A stretch of DNA of 42,397 nt, from the IMG/VR virus record IMGVR_UViG_3300017777_001411, positions 1 through 42,397 of that record. One strand, 5' to 3'. Made by a program: the position numbers and the translations under genes. The notes below the pieces were generated by a model. The model searched no databases, was not told the origin of the DNA, and was given only the letters and a program-made list of their open reading frames with translations. This stretch comes from a virus (Duplodnaviria > Caudoviricetes). This document shows positions 28,160-35,361 of this stretch, piece after piece (the stretch's first letter is position 1; the number at the start of each line of letters is the position of its first letter).

Positions 28160-29419
28160 TTATTCTACGTAAATAGATTGACCATGCTTCGGTACAAAGT
28201 CTTTGTTGCCTACCACGCACCACAACACAGGCGCAGATGTGCGGTTCCACTCATGCCACGCATCACCATAGAATTCACCATCGGTTAGCATGATGATGCA
28301 CTGCGGTGTAATGTGGTTAGCTTCAAGATAGATCGGCACACACTCAGGTTGCGTACCGCCACCACCTCTAGGCTTGGTTGTGTTGATCAGGTTCTCGACT
28401 TCGGCTCCGCGATAAGTCTCCCTTGCTACTACGTGGCTATCCCAATACAGTAGTTCAACTGTCTCAGGTGCTACGTCATCACAGATCGACTTAATCTCTC
28501 CCATGAACTGTGACATCGTCTCACCGAAAATAGAACCTGACGCGTCAGCACCGATAACAAACGTCTCTGCCTTCTCTGATATCGTACTCGGCATGATGAT
28601 GTCCACGCCAAGATACCTACGGTTAGGTCTACGCCACGTTGACTTGTCACCACCACGCATACTTGTCTTGATGAACATGCGCAGTGCTTCCTTCCAATCA
28701 ACCTTCGGGTGCAGCAGCTCGTCGATGCCACGCGGGACGTTACCTTTCATCTTCCCTGCCAAGATAGCACCCTCGCGTAGAGCGTTATCAATCTCGCTCA
28801 GTAGCTCATCTTCTTCCTCCTCTGAAAGTTCACCGGCACCTTTCCAATCATGCTCGTCAAAGTTCTTCCCACTACCCTGACCCGCAGGACTTCCTGACCC
28901 ATTGTCAGTTTGTCCCCTAGACCCACCGCTGCCTTTGCCATCACCATCATCGCTGCAATGTTCTTTCTTCAGGGCGTTGTAGACTTGCTTGGTATCCATA
29001 CCGCGATACTGCTCGTCTAGCAAGCCAAGCAACTTCCCCTCAGCATCACGCGGCATCTCTACCACAGTCCTATGTGGATCAGAGTCAATGATCTGTAGGT
29101 TGATAACAAAGTCCATCGCAGCGTTAGCAAGCTGTGGATTCTCTTTGGCAATGCTGTTCCACACCGTCAGGTGACGGTACGCCTTGTGCATCGCTTCGTG
29201 AACCACAACAAACGCAAGCTGCTTGTCGTCTAGCATATCGACAAAGGCTCGGCCATAAACTACATCTCTCCCGTTCGTCATTGCAGTCGGCACGGTTTCG
29301 CTTACTGATACCTTACCCACCATGAACACACCAGAGAACAAGCAGAAGTCCTTGTGTCTCATAAGCTGCGCGTGTGCGCGTTCGACCCGCTTCTCAGCGG
29401 ATAGTTTTACTGAAGCCAT
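28160..29419 (-). CDS. metallopeptidase-vWA protein (DUF2201-like)
   Basis: TAMTNG, HEAMH..RH zinc motif, Gly/Ser linker, MIDAS DASGS, GGGGT and LTDG. Confidence 0.85.
   Translation of the reverse strand: MASVKLSAEKRVERAHAQLMRHKDFCLFSGVFMVGKVSVSETVPTAMTNGRDVVYGRAFVDMLDDKQLAFVVVHEAMHKAYRHLTVWNSIAKENPQLANAAMDFVINLQIIDSDPHRTVVEMPRDAEGKLLGLLDEQYRGMDTKQVYNALKKEHCSDDGDGKGSGGSRGQTDNGSGSPAGQGSGKNFDEHDWKGAGELSEEEEDELLSEIDNALREGAILAGKMKGNVPRGIDELLHPKVDWKEALRMFIKTSMRGGDKSTWRRPNRRYLGVDIIMPSTISEKAETFVIGADASGSIFGETMSQFMGEIKSICDDVAPETVELLYWDSHVVARETYRGAEVENLINTTKPRGGGGTQPECVPIYLEANHITPQCIIMLTDGEFYGDAWHEWNRTSAPVLWCVVGNKDFVPKHGQSIYVE
28888..28914 (-). repeat. 27-bp palindrome copy inside the vWA gene linker
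   Basis: + strand reads GAC TTC CTGAC CCATT GTCAG TTT GTC. Confidence 0.9.
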
Positions 29420-29429
29420 TGCAGTTCTC

Positions 29430-30491
29430 CTAGAATAAGTATTGGTTTTCGCGCATCCAGTTGATGAACGCGCTGCTGGTCATAAGGATATTCTTCTTGT
29501 CCTCGTTCTTGCTTGTGGTGACACAGAACACAGACTGCAACTCTTTCGGTGTACGCTTCAAGTACTCGAACCAAGCACCGATGTTGCCGCGATCAATCTT
29601 CTGCGCTGCGCCGTACGCCATGATGCAAAGTGCTGCTGCGTTAGTAGGTACAGGTGCGCCCTTCGGATCTCTGATCACCTCTTCCCACGTTGGCATTGAG
29701 TCGGCCACCTCTACATACGCAAGCAGGTCACGCGCTGAAGGCTCACCGATAGTCCCGCACAGTGCTGCGATCATTGCGTTACGCGAGACATGTTGACGCT
29801 TTTTCAGTATGTTGCTTGCACGATGACCTGAACGCTGCGAGAAAAACGACTTCTGCGGTGTCTTTGGATTGAAGATGTGGTTGTTATCCTTCTGCGATGG
29901 ATCTTTGTAGGAAGCCATCACCTCTGGATACTGACGTACGAAAGCCAACAACTCAGGGGCGTAGTGCATACGTGTACCGTAGTCCACATACTCTTCCCAT
30001 GTAGCCTTGCGTACTGGCACGACCGTCATACGGTTCAAGCTGTGTGCTTTCAGCATATCGCCCACGCCATCAGACAAGTTGTTACCCGCTGTGATTACGA
30101 TGCTATCAGGGTGCAGCTTCATACCGCCGATACGACGCTCGTTCAATAGTGGGTGCAGCATGTTCTGCACAGCTTGGCTTGAAGGCTTGGTAAACTCGTC
30201 GATAAAGATCACCATTGGTTCTTGCTTATGGAAACCCCAAACCTCGTTCGGATACAGCGATGTTGTCTTAGTCTCATGGTTCGGCATTGGTATACCGATG
30301 TCACCCAGCTCGGTGTTAGGCGTGTCGATGTACACACCACGATAGGCGGTGCGCTGCACCAGCCGCTCAAACATTGCAGTTTTGCCAATGCCAGGCTCGC
30401 CCACCAGATGAATAGCGTTCTCGGTGCCAATGGTAAGGATAAGTTCTTCAGCTTCAGCAAGGGATACTTCTACGTTCATGCGAATTTCCAT
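29430..30491 (-). CDS. AAA+ ATPase (MoxR/CobS-like)
   Basis: Walker A GEPGIGKT, Walker B IFIDEF, sensor AGN, arginine finger LNRM. Confidence 0.9.
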   Translation of the reverse strand: MEIRMNVEVSLAEAEELILTIGTENAIHLVGEPGIGKTAMFERLVQRTAYRGVYIDTPNTELGDIGIPMPNHETKTTSLYPNEVWGFHKQEPMVIFIDEFTKPSSQAVQNMLHPLLNERRIGGMKLHPDSIVITAGNNLSDGVGDMLKAHSLNRMTVVPVRKATWEEYVDYGTRMHYAPELLAFVRQYPEVMASYKDPSQKDNNHIFNPKTPQKSFFSQRSGHRASNILKKRQHVSRNAMIAALCGTIGEPSARDLLAYVEVADSMPTWEEVIRDPKGAPVPTNAAALCIMAYGAAQKIDRGNIGAWFEYLKRTPKELQSVFCVTTSKNEDKKNILMTSSAFINWMRENQYLF

Positions 30492-30510
30492 TTTTATAAC
30501 TCCTAGTTGC

Positions 30511-30537
30511 GACGTTCTGACCGTATGTCAGTTTGTC
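30511..30537 (-). repeat. 27-bp palindrome copy, intergenic
   Basis: + strand reads GAC GTT CTGAC CGTAT GTCAG TTT GTC. Confidence 0.9.
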
Positions 30538-30538
30538 T

Positions 30539-31537
30539 TTAGACTGCAAACGAAATGGTTGCTTCCGATTTGTACTGCAAGTACTTGACGTTCTCATCGA
30601 GAACAACTTTGCCTTTCTCCATCACTTCCTTCTTGAATAGGAAATCGGCATACTGATACCGGCAGAGGTCATAGAAAAAGTCCCGCGCCTTCTGCGGTGT
30701 GATCTCGTACTTGTATACCTGCGCCGCCCAGTCATACATCTTGTCCGCTGCGTTGACTGCAATCTGCTCGGCCAAGGGCATGTACCACCGGAGTCTGTCC
30801 TCGCTCGTATCCAACATGGCCAAGTTGAGCGAGTTGAAAAACTCTTCGCGCTCCCTGATCTGTGGCCTGCTGTTCCACCGTAGATCGCCCTTGTCCACCG
30901 ATAGCTTCTTCTGCTGAACAATGTCGGGCGCCACGCGTGTACCTACCATCTGTGTGTAGTAAGTTAGGTATTCAGTGAAATCGGCGTAATGCTTCCTGAC
31001 TCTCGCCATCATTTCCTTGTCCAATACCCACGCACTCTCGGAAACCCCACCGGTTACTTCATTGTCGGCACTCAATCTCAGAATCCTTTCAAATCTATGT
31101 TCACCATTGGCAGGTGACCCATCGCTGAAATACAACTTGCCCCGACGACGAGTTACGCCTGACCACTTCGACATGCCAGAACCAAATTCACCCGCAGCGT
31201 AGGCCGCATGAGCAGCTTGGCTTTGGTTGAACCGAGTACGCAGGACGCTGTTGATGAAGTCCATTGTCCCTACGGTTTCCCAACCTCCGTTGTTAAGCAA
31301 GACGCTGTTGTCAGGGAAAAACGTAATCAGCGGCGCGTTGTGGAAAGAGAGAATGATCGATCCCACATTGCCATTAACGTCTGTGATGACGTTGATCAAA
31401 CTCCTGTCGTACCGACGGTTGCTCCCAAGCGGACGAAGCCCTTTGCTCCGCCCTCTCTTGTATGGCTCCCTGCTTTCATACCAAGCCAGTGCTTCTTTAA
31501 AGTTACTGATCTTTGGCAGATTGTCTCCTCTGTACAT
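30539..31537 (-). CDS. hypothetical protein
   Basis: Long ORF; likely start ATG 31537 behind GGAGG. Confidence 0.75.
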   Translation of the reverse strand: MYRGDNLPKISNFKEALAWYESREPYKRGRSKGLRPLGSNRRYDRSLINVITDVNGNVGSIILSFHNAPLITFFPDNSVLLNNGGWETVGTMDFINSVLRTRFNQSQAAHAAYAAGEFGSGMSKWSGVTRRRGKLYFSDGSPANGEHRFERILRLSADNEVTGGVSESAWVLDKEMMARVRKHYADFTEYLTYYTQMVGTRVAPDIVQQKKLSVDKGDLRWNSRPQIREREEFFNSLNLAMLDTSEDRLRWYMPLAEQIAVNAADKMYDWAAQVYKYEITPQKARDFFYDLCRYQYADFLFKKEVMEKGKVVLDENVKYLQYKSEATISFAV

Positions 31538-31539
31538 AG

Positions 31540-31782
31540 TTACCTCCACTCAGCTTTGTGTTTGATTTGTTCGGCGATTGTATTGACCAGCACCTGCATG
31601 GCTGTGATCACACCGATCTTGTCTACCGGATCAAGGGTCTCGATGATGCTGTATGCGTACTCGTACGCTTCCTCGATGGTGTTGCGTGTTGCGAACAAGG
31701 GTGTTTGTAAGCCCTTTGCTAAATTGATAACGTCACCGCGTGATGACTCCTGTGACTCGTACTGCGCTTCTACTGATCTCAT
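31540..31782 (-). CDS. hypothetical protein
   Basis: 80 aa with AGGAG RBS. Confidence 0.7.
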   Translation of the reverse strand: MRSVEAQYESQESSRGDVINLAKGLQTPLFATRNTIEEAYEYAYSIIETLDPVDKIGVITAMQVLVNTIAEQIKHKAEWR

Positions 31783-31799
31783 GTTGCTCTCCTTGGTTG

Positions 31800-31826
31800 G
31801 ACATTCTGACGGGGTGTCAGTTTGTC
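31800..31826 (-). repeat. 27-bp palindrome copy, intergenic
   Basis: + strand reads GAC ATT CTGAC GGGGT GTCAG TTT GTC. Confidence 0.9.
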
Positions 31827-31833
31827 GTTGCGG

Positions 31834-32028
31834 TTATCTTGTTGCATTTAACTCGGCTATTTCCGATTTCATTTTGTTAAACACCCGCGCCTTGACTTGT
31901 TGGTTAAGGCGTAGCTGCACCTCGCGGACTGAGACTTGCTTACCAAAGAACCCATACAGCAGTTCGTTGCTACCGCGTATCCATTGAATCTCCTCTTCCC
32001 TACGTCTTTTGTATCCTTCATAGTTCAT
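31834..32028 (-). CDS. small basic hypothetical protein
   Basis: 64 aa, ATGA-coupled to the upstream peptide gene. Confidence 0.6.
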   Translation of the reverse strand: MNYEGYKRRREEEIQWIRGSNELLYGFFGKQVSVREVQLRLNQQVKARVFNKMKSEIAELNATR

Positions 32029-32141
32029 AACAGCCCCCAGAAGCCAAGCAAAGTCATTAGCAAAGCACCAAGAGTTGCGCCTACAATTGCACCTGCCAGC
32101 GCAGCGAGTAATGCCAGTATTTCTCTGTCGTCTAGTTTCAT
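32025..32141 (-). CDS. 38-aa single-pass membrane peptide (not in ORF track)
   Basis: Hand translation MKLDDREILALLAALAGAIVGATLGALLMTLLGFWGLL; tightly packed with neighbours. Confidence 0.65.
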   Translation of the reverse strand: MKLDDREILALLAALAGAIVGATLGALLMTLLGFWGLL

Positions 32142-32142
32142 A

Positions 32143-32235
32143 TCAAACCCCCATCATTAGTACAGCGGTGAATAGCATAGTCGCGCAGTAAACTGCGCAA
32201 AGTATTTCGTAGCCGTAGTCTTTGATCTTGCTCAT
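32143..32235 (-). CDS. 30-aa membrane peptide (not in ORF track)
   Basis: Hand translation MSKIKDYGYEILCAVYCATMLFTAVLMMGV; GGAGG RBS; ATGA overlap with the upstream gene. Confidence 0.6.
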   Translation of the reverse strand: MSKIKDYGYEILCAVYCATMLFTAVLMMGV

Positions 32236-32402
32236 TCGGTTTCCTCCTCGTATTCAATTACCAATGTCCACTTGAACCCACCACGCACTCCGTCCGTTTC
32301 GCACTCAAGCAGAAGCCGCGCCAAAGAATCGATTTGTTCTATGGTTGCATCAACGTGGTAGTTGGCCTCAATATCTTTATCTGCAACAGCAAGCGTTCTC
32401 AT
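32232..32402 (-). CDS. 56-aa acidic protein (not in ORF track)
   Basis: Hand translation MRTLAVADKDIEANYHVDATIEQIDSLARLLLECETDGVRGGFKWTLVIEYEEETE; GAGG RBS; ATGA overlaps at both ends. Confidence 0.65.
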   Translation of the reverse strand: MRTLAVADKDIEANYHVDATIEQIDSLARLLLECETDGVRGGFKWTLVIEYEEETE

Positions 32403-32611
32403 GTTGTCCTCTTTGGGTTAAGTTGCTTCAGTGTCTCCATGCTGCTGATGTAGTAATAGTTGCTCTTGTTCAGCGGTGCGATGCAATGCTTGACCTGCTT
32501 GGCTGCATCTTCCCCGCAGCGTAGGCACATCTTGTAGCCAAGTTTGTAACGCGCATGGGATATGAACCCGCCACACACTACGCACAAGTACCGCGCATCT
32601 TCGTTACTCAT
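32399..32611 (-). CDS. C4 zinc-finger miniprotein (DksA/TraR-finger-like)
   Basis: CVVCGGFISHARYKLGYKMCLRC; AGGAG RBS. Confidence 0.75.
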   Translation of the reverse strand: MSNEDARYLCVVCGGFISHARYKLGYKMCLRCGEDAAKQVKHCIAPLNKSNYYYISSMETLKQLNPKRTT

Positions 32612-32789
32612 TTGCCATCTCCTTGTTGCTGTCGGCGTTGCTTTGGGGCAGCGTCTCTGGGTTGGTACGTGCGCAGGCTTGGCATATGGTGTGTCCGTAA
32701 GCTAGGCGCGTCTTGCCGATGGGGTTGGTTACGCATCGTCTGCAAGTGTTGGGGTTGCGTGGGTTGTGTTGCTTGATACGTTTAGACAT
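32604..32789 (-). CDS. C4 zinc-finger miniprotein, similar to the downstream one
   Basis: CRRCVTNPIGKTRLAYGHTICQAC; GGAGG RBS. Confidence 0.7.
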   Translation of the reverse strand: MSKRIKQHNPRNPNTCRRCVTNPIGKTRLAYGHTICQACARTNPETLPQSNADSNKEMANE

Positions 32790-32811
32790 GTTGACCCTCC
32801 GTCAGTTTGTC
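32785..32811 (-). repeat. 27-bp palindrome copy covering the RBS and start codon of the first early gene
   Basis: Minus strand reads GAC AAA CTGAC GGAGG GTCAA CAT GTC; the SD is the spacer and the ATG is in the right arm. Confidence 0.9.
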
Positions 32812-32864
32812 GTGGTTGATTTGGATGGTGCTTGCGCTAGGGGCGATCTCCCACTAACCCCTCT

Positions 32865-32893
32865 ATTATAGCATAATAACTATACAAAGTCAA
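32865..32893 (-). promoter_or_regulatory. strong sigma70 promoter, leftward
   Basis: TTGACT-17 nt-TATAAT. Confidence 0.9.
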
Positions 32894-33104
32894 GTTAATG
32901 TCTTAGCTTTCCCAACGGCAGTTGGGATTATTCGGGTGATTGTCCGGTGTGTGGAGCTGTTGTCTTTCATGATAGGCAGGTGGGATTTATAAAAACTTTT
33001 TGGTTTTGGGTGGCAACGGTGGCAACCTTTTGTAGGCTTTGCTGCTTTGCTTGCTGTGTATGCAGAGTTTTTGGTGTGAGCTACGTGAGCTTGATGTTAT
33101 TTTG

Positions 33105-33530
33105 CTATTGTTCGAAAATATGGCTGCAATGTTCTGTGTTTTTGGTTTTTTCGAACATTGTAGTTGTTGAATTGCTATTGTTCGAAAAACGGCCTAATGT
33201 TCTGGATTTTTTTAAATTTTCGAACAATAGAACCTAGTGTACATGCGCATTGTACGGATTGTACCTAATGTTCTCTATATTTAAGAGAGAGAGAGTGGCG
33301 CTAAAAAAAGGTATGTGCTTTTTAGAGATGCACTTGCCGGTAAGCGTGGTCGAACTGCGTTTGGCGTACGCGCTCAAAAACACCGGAACATTAGAACAAT
33401 ACGGAACAATTGCCACATTCATAACGCTTTTTTGAGACAAAACCCAATGTAATCAACGGGTTACGTCACTTTTATAATGTTCGAAAATTTCCTTGTAATG
33501 TTCTGCGTTTTTGCTTTTTTCGAACAATAG
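33105..33530. repeat. iteron-like repeat region, candidate replication origin or genome-end region
   Basis: Three 56-57 bp units (33105-33161, 33175-33230, 33474-33530) of TGTTCGAAAA..AATGTTCT..TTTTCGAACA, plus GAACAWT three times at about 33386-33410. Confidence 0.75.
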
Positions 33531-33544
33531 GCTGCAAAAAGTGC

Positions 33545-33573
33545 TTGACAGGATTAAAAGTGGGGGGTAAACT
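33545..33573 (+). promoter_or_regulatory. strong sigma70 promoter, rightward
   Basis: TTGACA-17 nt-TAAACT; the -10 is the start of a perfect inverted repeat TAAACTGCAC-CT-GTGCAGTTTA (33568-33589). Confidence 0.85.
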
Positions 33574-33595
33574 GCACCTGTGCAGTTTAGTTTTG

Positions 33596-33622
33596 GACAC
33601 ACTGACGCAATGTCAGAATGTC
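33596..33622 (+). repeat. 27-bp palindrome copy just downstream of the rightward promoter
   Basis: GAC ACA CTGAC GCAAT GTCAG AAT GTC. Confidence 0.9.
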
Positions 33623-33657
33623 GCTGTAAACGTAGCTGTGGGAATTCCCCATGCAAA

Positions 33658-33683
33658 TGGCTACCGCGTTGGAATGACCGTTC
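33658..33683 (+). repeat. 26-bp direct repeat, copy 1
   Basis: TGGCTACCGCGTTGGAATGACCGTTC; 25/26 identical to 34459-34484. Confidence 0.9.
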
Positions 33684-33837
33684 TCTCCCTTCTGTTGCAA
33701 AGACAACAACGTCGTGAAAATACAACGTTGCCTGGTAGCATCGTATTAAAAGTAATTTCCCTAAGATCATAGGAAAGTAGGATAATTATTCCTGACGCAA
33801 TGACATGGGGTCAGCGCGTCTTTCTTTTGGAGGTTTT

Positions 33838-34401
33838 ATGACCGCAGCAAAATCCGGCGAAATGTTCGCCCGTAGTGAGATCGAAGCAACCGAAGCCCTT
33901 GAGATCTTTGCCCGCGAAGTTGGAACCGAGCCGTCCTATGAGGCGTGGCAGGCCGCTCGCGTGGAGTTCGTTAACGGTTACGTTATGGTCAAGCCGCAGA
34001 CCAAGGGCGATGCGTCCGACAAGGCCTTTCAGCGGTTCAAGGACCGCCTTGTAGATCGTTTTGGTATCACCGTACCAAAGGCCACTAGCGAAGCCGCAAT
34101 CAAGAAAGCCGCAGAGCGCAAGGCCAAGGAGGAGAAGTTAGTAGCGAAGTATTCGGACGCTACGCCGACGCTACTACGCTCCCAGATCGAGGCTTGCTAT
34201 CAGACACTAGCCAAAAATCCGGATAGCAAAGTAGCCAAGGCGCAAGCCACCGAATTGGCGAAGGTTTTGAAGATCAAGACCCGCGATGATGCCAAGGCCG
34301 AGCGTGACGAACTCAAGGCCGCCAAAGACGCTGTACGCGAGGCTCTGAAGGATTGCGATGATCTGTATAAGATTGAAGCCGCCCTTGTAGCATTGCAATA
34401 A
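33838..34401 (+). CDS. hypothetical helical protein, paralog 1
   Basis: ATG 33838 behind GGAGG; aligns without gaps to the 34677 ORF (KKAAER, YQTLAKNP). Confidence 0.85.
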   Translation: MTAAKSGEMFARSEIEATEALEIFAREVGTEPSYEAWQAARVEFVNGYVMVKPQTKGDASDKAFQRFKDRLVDRFGITVPKATSEAAIKKAAERKAKEEKLVAKYSDATPTLLRSQIEACYQTLAKNPDSKVAKAQATELAKVLKIKTRDDAKAERDELKAAKDAVREALKDCDDLYKIEAALVALQ

Positions 34402-34416
34402 TCCTACTAACCCAGC

Positions 34417-34451
34417 AAACCCCGCCTAATCAGCGGGGTTTTTTATTTTTT
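34417..34451 (+). terminator. rho-independent terminator
   Basis: AAACCCCGC/GCGGGGTTT stem plus T tract. Confidence 0.9.
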
Positions 34452-34458
34452 GCAAAAG

Positions 34459-34484
34459 TGGCTACCGCGTTGAAATGACCGTTC
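34459..34484 (+). repeat. 26-bp direct repeat, copy 2
   Basis: TGGCTACCGCGTTGAAATGACCGTTC. Confidence 0.9.
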
Positions 34485-34543
34485 CCATCCCAAAACCTAT
34501 TAATTTCCCTGGGTTGATAGGGAAACCCTATAGATCAAAACCC

Positions 34544-34571
34544 GACCGGATGACCGACTAGTCATTATGTC
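34544..34571. repeat. variant (28-bp) palindrome copy
   Basis: GAC CGG ATGAC CGACTA GTCAT TAT GTC: symmetric C-to-A / G-to-T change and a 6-nt spacer. Confidence 0.6.
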
Positions 34572-34595
34572 AACGAAAAATAAATCAAATATCTC

Positions 34596-34625
34596 TTGAT
34601 ACGATGATAGGAAACATGAGATAAT
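34596..34625 (+). promoter_or_regulatory. sigma70-like promoter of paralog 2
   Basis: TTGATA-18 nt-GATAAT with extended -10 TG; a similar ATAGGAAA..GATAAT precedes paralog 1 (33769-33786). Confidence 0.65.
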
Positions 34626-34676
34626 CGCTTTACTGATTCAGCAATAGGGCTGGTCAGTTTTTCAGGAGATTCAAAG

Positions 34677-35318
34677 ATGGAAAAGCAAATTGTCGCGGAA
34701 CAGGTTTCCGCATTGTCCGCCGATCAGGCACTAACCGCCAAAGACTGCGGTTTCCAGTATGCTCGCAATCAACTAGCGGTTTTCGAAAACGGCAGGGACT
34801 ATGCTTCCATGCTAGGAACTGATCCTACTTTCGACCAGTGGGAAGCAGGTCGCATTAGCTGGGTGGCGGGATACGTCGAAGCAAATCCAGCGAACACCGG
34901 CAACGCCGCTGATAAGGCTTGGAACCGATTCGCCGGTTTACTGGATGAACTATTCGGGCTGGTCAAGCCGAAAGCATTATCAGCGGCAGCAACTAAGAAG
35001 GCCGCCGAACGTGACGCCAAGCAAAAGGAAGTATTGGCAAAACATGGTGACTTAACGCCGACAATGATTCGCGCACAGATGGAAGCCGCGTATCAAACAC
35101 TAGCAAAGAATCCCAGTAGCAAAGAATCAAAGAAGCAGATCAAGGAACTAGAGCAGGTATTGAAGGTGAAGCAGTCAGCCGAGAATAAAGAACTGGGCGA
35201 AGAACTGAAAACCCTTAGAGCAGCGGTTAAGACTGAAGCAGGTAAGTGTACTGACATCGACTTGCTTCAATCAATTCTCGACATGTTAGTGGACGCAATA
35301 CCCGAAGCAGACCTATAA
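34677..35318 (+). CDS. hypothetical helical protein, paralog 2
   Basis: 213 aa with AGGAG RBS; paralog of 33838-34401. Confidence 0.9.
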   Translation: MEKQIVAEQVSALSADQALTAKDCGFQYARNQLAVFENGRDYASMLGTDPTFDQWEAGRISWVAGYVEANPANTGNAADKAWNRFAGLLDELFGLVKPKALSAAATKKAAERDAKQKEVLAKHGDLTPTMIRAQMEAAYQTLAKNPSSKESKKQIKELEQVLKVKQSAENKELGEELKTLRAAVKTEAGKCTDIDLLQSILDMLVDAIPEADL

Positions 35319-35336
35319 CTAACTAGCACCAACTTG

Positions 35337-35361
35337 AACCCAGCTTAGGCTGGGTTTTTTT
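35337..35361 (+). terminator. rho-independent terminator
   Basis: AACCCAGC-TTAG-GCTGGGTT plus T tract. Confidence 0.9.

Noticed and set aside
33660-33740. Conserved ncRNA formed by GCTACC/GGTAGC long-range pairing
   Set aside because: The pairing partner is absent next to the second copy of the 26-mer, so structure does not explain the repeat.
32947-33772. ORFs listed in the repeat/promoter region
   Set aside because: No RBS, odd composition, and they overlap promoters and repeats; probably non-coding.
26324-34571. Palindrome array as a CRISPR array or integron attC cassette system
   Set aside because: Spacing is about 1 kb, two copies are inside intact CDSs, and no cas operon or integrase is in the window.
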